From a virus, in the IMG/VR virus record IMGVR_UViG_3300021138_000002, positions 1 to 64,000 of that record: DNA of 64,000 bases; one strand, given 5' to 3'. The notes under the pieces are model-generated. The model made no database searches, was not told the origin of the DNA, and saw only the letters and a list, made by a program, of their open reading frames with translations. The position numbers and the translations under genes are program-made. Positions within the stretch are counted from its first letter, which is position 1. Each line of letters starts with the position of its first letter. Positions 58,473 to 64,000 of this stretch are shown here, one piece after another.

Positions 58473-59764
58473 TGTCAGATCGCTCGATTTTTCCTATCAA
58501 ATCCGAATCTGCCTGTCAATTAAAATGGGCATGGAGCTCTGTGTTTTTTAATAGCGGAAGTACATCTAGTTGTCATCGCACGCAAAAATATCCTATCGAT
58601 CCTGAACATTTTGATCAGTTCCATAACACTCCGGACAAAATCACAGCTAGACAAAAAATGCAACAAGGTCAATGGCCCGGTGCAGGATGTGAATACTGTC
58701 GCAATGTTGAGGAAGCCGGAGGAATCAGTGATCGACAGAGCAACTTAAACAATGCATCTCTGATCCCACCAGAGTTAATAAATGATTCTACTGCTACGTC
58801 AATCACTCCGACCATAATAGAGGCCTATTTTAAAAATACCTGTAACATGGCATGCGTGTATTGCGGTCCACATTTTAGTAGTCAATGGGAAGATGAAAAT
58901 CGTCGATTTGGATCAGATTTTTCTTCTGGAAAAGCGTTTGATGTTAGAGCTCCACAAAATAATTCCAATTATGATCAAATGGTTTCTGATTTTTGGAAGT
59001 ATCTTGAAAACGAAAATAGATATCAAGTGTTGCAACGCTATCATGTCTTGGGCGGAGAACCTTTTTTAATAAAAGAACTAGATGACAGCATAGAGTTTTG
59101 GCGTACTCACCCCAATCCAGATTTAACTTTTAGTATTATTACCAATTTAAATATCCCCACTCCACGCTTTGAAAAATACATCAAACAGTTCGAAAAGTTG
59201 GTGTTGGGCAACAAAATATGGAAACTGCAACTCACAGCCAGTCTAGATTGCTGGGGTGCAGAACAAGAATACGTCAGATACGGGCTTGATCTAGAAACTT
59301 GGCAACAAAATTTTGAATTGGTGCTGAATCGACCCTGGATCAGTGTAAGTATCAACAGTGTTATATCTGCCTTGACTATTAAAACCATGCCGAAACTGTT
59401 GGAAAAAATCAACGAATGGAATACTCGACAAACTGCTGTGATACGCGGACGAGAGCGTGAGCGTAGAGCCGAACCCATCTTGCATAGTTTCAATACCACC
59501 AACAACTGGGTCGATGATCCGCATGCGTTTGGCAGTTATTTTTCTGATGACATGACAAAAATTTTGTCGCTAATGCCCAACAACTCCGAAGATCAGCAAC
59601 GGCAAAAAAATGCAATGTCCGGTATCGCAAAAAGATTATCCACCGGTGTGCCAAACCGTTTGCAGATATCCAATCTCAAACAATACCTAGATCAACTGGA
59701 CCGACGTCGCTCGACCAATTGGCGAACTCATTTTTCTTGGCTTGATCAAGACTTCAGTGTATAA
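58472..59764 (+). CDS. Radical SAM enzyme with N-terminal Twitch-like domain (type B)
   Basis: CQLKW...SCHR...CEYC, then CNMACVYC, GGEP, SLDCWG. Confidence 0.9.
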   Translation: MSDRSIFPIKSESACQLKWAWSSVFFNSGSTSSCHRTQKYPIDPEHFDQFHNTPDKITARQKMQQGQWPGAGCEYCRNVEEAGGISDRQSNLNNASLIPPELINDSTATSITPTIIEAYFKNTCNMACVYCGPHFSSQWEDENRRFGSDFSSGKAFDVRAPQNNSNYDQMVSDFWKYLENENRYQVLQRYHVLGGEPFLIKELDDSIEFWRTHPNPDLTFSIITNLNIPTPRFEKYIKQFEKLVLGNKIWKLQLTASLDCWGAEQEYVRYGLDLETWQQNFELVLNRPWISVSINSVISALTIKTMPKLLEKINEWNTRQTAVIRGRERERRAEPILHSFNTTNNWVDDPHAFGSYFSDDMTKILSLMPNNSEDQQRQKNAMSGIAKRLSTGVPNRLQISNLKQYLDQLDRRRSTNWRTHFSWLDQDFSV

Positions 59765-59765
59765 T
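59737..59765 (+). promoter_or_regulatory. Sigma70-type promoter TTGGCT-17-TATAAT overlapping the rSAM stop, 8 nt before the gp46 ATG
   Basis: TATAAT 59760-59765 contains the TAA stop 59762-59764. Confidence 0.5.
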
Positions 59766-59773
59766 ACTACTAT

Positions 59774-61537
59774 ATGATACAGATAAAAAATCTTACAGTT
59801 CGTAATTTCATGAGTGTGGGTAACGCCACCCAGGGTATTGATTTTGATCGACGCGACCTCACTTTGGTGTTGGGCGAAAACCTAGACCTCGGCGGAGACG
59901 GCAGTCGTAACGGCACTGGTAAGACCACAATCATCAATGCTCTCAGCTATGCCCTGTACGGACAAGCACTCAGCAACATACGCAAAGACAATCTAGTCAA
60001 CAAGACCAACGGCAAAAACATGTTGGTCAGTCTAGATTTTGTAGTAGGATCCCAACAGTACCGAATTGAACGCGGTCGCAAACCCAATGTGTTGCGATTC
60101 TTTGTTGATAGTCAAGAACAAACAGCCACGGACAATGCACAAGGTGATTCAAGAGAAACCCAGGAAGCTATAGAACAAACCTTGGGTCTCAGCCACGACA
60201 TGTTCAAACATATCTTGGCCTTAAACACCTATACTGAACCGTTTCTCAGCCTCAAGGCCAACGATCAGCGTACCATCATTGAACAACTGTTGGGCATCAC
60301 CATGCTGAGTGAACGTGCGGACAGGATCAAAGAACTGAACCGACAGACCAAGGACTCAATCACACAAGAAGAATTCCGCATCCGTGCAGTACAAGATGCC
60401 AATAAGCGTATTGAAGAACAGATTGAAAACCTAAAACGCAGACAGAGATTATGGGCAGAAAAACATGAATCAGATATCACGGAACTTGAGACCGCACAGG
60501 CAGCGTTACAAGATATTGACATCGAAGCGGAAATCCAGGCCCATCAGGAACACAAAGTTTGGGATCAGCGTAGAAAAGACCTCAACGATCTATCTAGCCA
60601 GATCAGTCGGACGAAGCTGGACCGCGATCGCGAAACAAAAACGATTTCCAAACTATCTAAGGAAATCGAGACACTGGCGAACCATGAGTGCCATACATGT
60701 GGACAACCCTTCCACGACAATAAGCACCAACTTGTTATGGAAACAAAACAGGCTGAATTGGCAACGGCTAGAACGGCAAGCCAAGAACATTCCCAACTGT
60801 TATCAGACTTGGAGGCTGCCTTCGCGGCCCTGGGCCCGCTAGGACGACCACCCAAAATGTTCTACGACAACGAGTCAGATGCCATACAACATCAGGCCAC
60901 CCTGGCCGGTCTGGCACAACAGATTGCCGCTAAACGAATTGAAACAGATCCGTACACCGAACAGATTGAGGAAATGCAGGCACAGGCCTTGCAGACTGTG
61001 AGTTATGACGAACTGAATGCACTTACTAGATTGCAAGAACATCAAGAATTCCTGCTCAAACTGTTGACCAACAAAGATTCATTTATCCGTAAAAAAATCA
61101 TCGAACAGAATTTAAGTTACTTGAACGCTAGACTGACCTACTATCTGGATCGCATTGGCCTGCCACACACTGTGGTGTTCCAAAACGATCTCACTGTCAG
61201 CATCGAAGAGCTGGGACGAGAATTGGATTTTGATAATTTGAGTCGAGGTGAGCGTAATCGTTTAATCCTCAGCATGAGCTGGGCCTTTCGAGACGTGTTC
61301 GAAAGTTTATATCAACCGATCAATGTGCTGTTTATTGATGAAATGATTGACTCGGGTCTGGACACGCAGGGTGTGGAAAATGCCTTGGCCTTGTTGAAAC
61401 AGATGAGCCGCGAACGTCACAAGAGCATATGGTTGGTCAGTCATAGAGACGAGCTTGCTGGTCGTGTGGAAAATATCCTGCGTGTGGTCAAAGAAAACGG
61501 CTACACCAATTACAGCACAGACGTGGAACATGTTTAA
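59774..61537 (+). CDS. gp46: Recombination ATPase subunit, gp46/Rad50/SbcC-like
   Basis: RNFMSVGN, Walker A NGTGKT, coiled coil with CHTC zinc hook, LSRGE signature, FIDEMIDSGLD, VSH. Confidence 0.95.
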   Translation: MIQIKNLTVRNFMSVGNATQGIDFDRRDLTLVLGENLDLGGDGSRNGTGKTTIINALSYALYGQALSNIRKDNLVNKTNGKNMLVSLDFVVGSQQYRIERGRKPNVLRFFVDSQEQTATDNAQGDSRETQEAIEQTLGLSHDMFKHILALNTYTEPFLSLKANDQRTIIEQLLGITMLSERADRIKELNRQTKDSITQEEFRIRAVQDANKRIEEQIENLKRRQRLWAEKHESDITELETAQAALQDIDIEAEIQAHQEHKVWDQRRKDLNDLSSQISRTKLDRDRETKTISKLSKEIETLANHECHTCGQPFHDNKHQLVMETKQAELATARTASQEHSQLLSDLEAAFAALGPLGRPPKMFYDNESDAIQHQATLAGLAQQIAAKRIETDPYTEQIEEMQAQALQTVSYDELNALTRLQEHQEFLLKLLTNKDSFIRKKIIEQNLSYLNARLTYYLDRIGLPHTVVFQNDLTVSIEELGRELDFDNLSRGERNRLILSMSWAFRDVFESLYQPINVLFIDEMIDSGLDTQGVENALALLKQMSRERHKSIWLVSHRDELAGRVENILRVVKENGYTNYSTDVEHV

Positions 61538-62498
61538 TTACAAAACTGTACATGTGGAAGTCAGTAGCAAATGCGTGCTCAAATGCCCGCGATGCCCAAG
61601 AACCGAACTGGATCTGGATCGGCTGAATCAGGAAATGTCTTTGCAAGAATTTAAATCGGGCTTTCCAGTTGACACCTTGAACAAAATCGAGCATTTTATA
61701 TTCTGTGGCGACATAGGAGATCCAATCTATGCCACAGAGTTTTTAGAAATCGTCGAGTATATCAAACATCACAGTCGCAGTCGCATAAGAATAGTGACCA
61801 ATGGAAGTTATAAAAAATCCTCCTGGTGGCAACAACTGGGTGCATTGCTGGATCACAACGATCGCGTCACGTTCAGTGTTGACGGATGGGACGATCAATC
61901 CAACAACCAGTACAGGGTCAACAGCAATTTTGAAAGTATTCTGACTGGAATTCGCTCGTTGCGAAGCTCCAGCGACTGTTTGATCCAGTGGTCAACGATA
62001 TATTTTTCTTTCAATCAAGACAACATTGACCGTATAAGAAATTTGTCTAGATCTTTGGGTTGTGATCAGTTTCAAACTGTCAAAAGCTCAAAATTCAACG
62101 GCAGGTACGTACACAACAACACAGATTTGCTGAGACCAGCCGACGAGTTGGTAGCCGAGACAGCCGTGTACGAAACCACCACAGAATCATTCAATCAAAC
62201 TAAGTATGTGTCTATTGTGCCCGAGATCAGCCCAACGCCGCATACATGGGCCAAATGTTTGAATTATAAAAAAGATTTATTTGTTGGAATTGACGGGCTG
62301 GTGTCTCCGTGTCCGTGGTTCAACAACGGGTACCAAGACAATCGTTTTGTAAAACAGCATCGCGATCGGTTGTTGATTAAAAATCGATCGTTTTTTGACA
62401 TAATCGACGATGCCGAACTATGGTCACAGTTGATGCAAAGTTTTGAAACTGACCCTTTGGAAATTTGTTTAATAAAGTGTAAAAATGGCCAACAGTGA
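61530..62498 (+). CDS. Radical SAM enzyme with C-terminal SPASM/Twitch-like domain (start reassigned to 61530)
   Basis: N-terminal CVLKCPRC, GDIGDP, TNGS, SVDG, C-terminal C...GLVSPCPW...CLIKC. Confidence 0.9.
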   Translation: MFNYKTVHVEVSSKCVLKCPRCPRTELDLDRLNQEMSLQEFKSGFPVDTLNKIEHFIFCGDIGDPIYATEFLEIVEYIKHHSRSRIRIVTNGSYKKSSWWQQLGALLDHNDRVTFSVDGWDDQSNNQYRVNSNFESILTGIRSLRSSSDCLIQWSTIYFSFNQDNIDRIRNLSRSLGCDQFQTVKSSKFNGRYVHNNTDLLRPADELVAETAVYETTTESFNQTKYVSIVPEISPTPHTWAKCLNYKKDLFVGIDGLVSPCPWFNNGYQDNRFVKQHRDRLLIKNRSFFDIIDDAELWSQLMQSFETDPLEICLIKCKNGQQ

Positions 62499-63798
62499 TA
62501 TTTTTTGTAACATTCCCTGGTTCGAATTGAACATCAATCATGATGGCAGTTATGATCTTTGCGGATGCCAAAACGACAAAATAGTAGGCACCGAACTAGG
62601 AAAAATATACAATATCAAAAAAATACCAATCGCCGATTATTGGAACAGCGAGCGATTGCGACAGGCACGACTTCGCAAGTTGGGTGATACACCGGATCCC
62701 ATGTGTCGTATGTGTCAGCAAAAAGAACAGGTTGGATACAGTAGCAATCGCATAAAAGAAAATCATAAATCTGTTATTTTTAAAGAATCCTTTGAACGCA
62801 GTTTTTTGCAGAGCCCAAATTACAAACATTTTGAATACAGTCAACAGAATCAAGGGTTTACTACCAGTCACGTACACAGCCTGCATGTGAATCTAGGTGA
62901 TGTTTGCAATTTCGCCTGTCGCATGTGCAACCCATTTGCCAGCAGTCGTCTCCAAGACGAGTATAAAAAATTACAATGGGTTGACTCAAATACTGTTTTT
63001 GAACACTGGACCGACAACGACACAGCCTGGTGCAATTTTTTAACTTTCTTGGATGCCCAGGTTGCCAATATCAAGGTATTACACATCATAGGCGGTGAGG
63101 TCGAATTCATGCCTAAATTTTTATTTTTGATTGATTATTTTATTCAAGCCGGAGTGGCACCCACAGTCAACATCAGTTTCACATCAAACGGCAGCATCGA
63201 TTACTCGAAATATTTTGAAAAATTATCCAAGTTTAAAAGATGCGAAATTGGAATCAGCATAGAAAGTGTTGACCCCATTGGGAACTACATCAGGCAAGGA
63301 GGAAACATTGTTGATATTTTAAAAAATATCCAAGACATGAACAACCGTAGGCCCAACAACACACAATTTGTCATACGAACTGTGCCCAGTATTCTGAGCT
63401 TGCCTTTTTATGCCAACTTGATCAAATGGGCCCTGGATACAAAAATACCCATTGACAACAGTCTGTTGGTTCAACCCAACTGGCTCCAAGCCGTGCTATT
63501 GCCAGATCATATCAAAAAAACCATTGTTGATTCAGTATCAACTGTGTTGGAAAGTTTGCCCAAAGACGGTCATGAATTCAACAATCAAAAAGATCCAACC
63601 AGGATCGATACCAGCATACGCAACGAATGCGAAAGCATTATTAAATTGGCACAGGAACCTGTGCCCGTTGATGCCGACCTGTTAAGAAAAAAATGTGCTG
63701 AAAAATTAAATCAATGGGATCAATACAAGAACATCAGCATCAAGACCTATTCGATCGACCTTTACAATTTTTTATCGGAGTTTGGATATGATGCGTGA
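62485..63798 (+). CDS. Radical SAM enzyme with N-terminal Twitch-like domain (type A variant)
   Basis: CNIPW...LCGC...CRMC, then CNFACRMC, GGEV, TSNGS, SIES. Confidence 0.9.
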   Translation: MANSDIFCNIPWFELNINHDGSYDLCGCQNDKIVGTELGKIYNIKKIPIADYWNSERLRQARLRKLGDTPDPMCRMCQQKEQVGYSSNRIKENHKSVIFKESFERSFLQSPNYKHFEYSQQNQGFTTSHVHSLHVNLGDVCNFACRMCNPFASSRLQDEYKKLQWVDSNTVFEHWTDNDTAWCNFLTFLDAQVANIKVLHIIGGEVEFMPKFLFLIDYFIQAGVAPTVNISFTSNGSIDYSKYFEKLSKFKRCEIGISIESVDPIGNYIRQGGNIVDILKNIQDMNNRRPNNTQFVIRTVPSILSLPFYANLIKWALDTKIPIDNSLLVQPNWLQAVLLPDHIKKTIVDSVSTVLESLPKDGHEFNNQKDPTRIDTSIRNECESIIKLAQEPVPVDADLLRKKCAEKLNQWDQYKNISIKTYSIDLYNFLSEFGYDA

Positions 63799-64000
63799 CG
63801 TCAACCTGGGACTGGTAGTAGACCCGGTATACTGGGCCGACTGTCCAGAAATACAAATCAAATTCAATCAAGATATTTTGTTTTCTGGCATGCTCAAACA
63901 ACCGCACACATTCAACTGGTTGTTGCCGGCGCAAGATCTAAATCGAATCAGCGTGTTCATGCTGAACAAACAAGACACTGACACAGTGGGCAACCAGGAC
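63788..64000 (+). CDS. Hypothetical protein, 3'-truncated
   Basis: MMRDVNLGLVVDPVYW... open to the window end; overlaps the upstream stop. Confidence 0.6.
   Translation, partial: MMRDVNLGLVVDPVYWADCPEIQIKFNQDILFSGMLKQPHTFNWLLPAQDLNRISVFMLNKQDTDTVGNQD

Noticed and set aside
1-64000. Alternative genetic code (stop-codon reassignment), as in some large phages
   Set aside because: Standard-code ORFs tile the window densely, including a 13 kb ORF, and TAA, TAG and TGA all end genes at coupled junctions.
1-64000. CRISPR array, tRNA or rRNA genes
   Set aside because: No regularly spaced repeats or cloverleaf with T-loop consensus seen; intergenic gaps are nearly all under 150 nt. Not confirmed with tRNAscan.

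Overview
Fragment of a large tailed-phage (T4-like myovirus-type) genome in the standard genetic code; no rRNA, tRNA or CRISPR array was seen. (1) 1-2307: small hypothetical genes. (2) 2344-26218: a ~24 kb enzyme cluster with an NDP-sugar epimerase/dehydratase, a DegT-type PLP aminotransferase, an amidinotransferase, a NodU/TobZ-type carbamoyltransferase, three SGNH-fold proteins, about seven glycosyltransferase-like proteins of three types, five radical SAM enzymes with an N-terminal Twitch-like Cys domain, and an inserted HNH endonuclease. It is bracketed by two inward-facing sigma70-type promoters. (3) 26281-54910 (- strand): tail fibre and baseplate module, including a 4368-aa multidomain protein and gp6-, gp25-, gp5-, gp53-like and hub/tube-like genes, many preceded by a TAAATA late-promoter-like motif. 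(4) 55024-64000: late sigma factor gp55 and the gp47/gp46 (Mre11/Rad50) nuclease, interleaved with four more radical SAM genes. The best candidate for an undescribed system is a phage-encoded, aminoglycoside-like sugar-tailoring and transfer pathway with nine radical SAM paralogs, whose acceptor (virion proteins, phage DNA or host surface) is unknown. All calls rest on motif recognition by eye; no database search was run.
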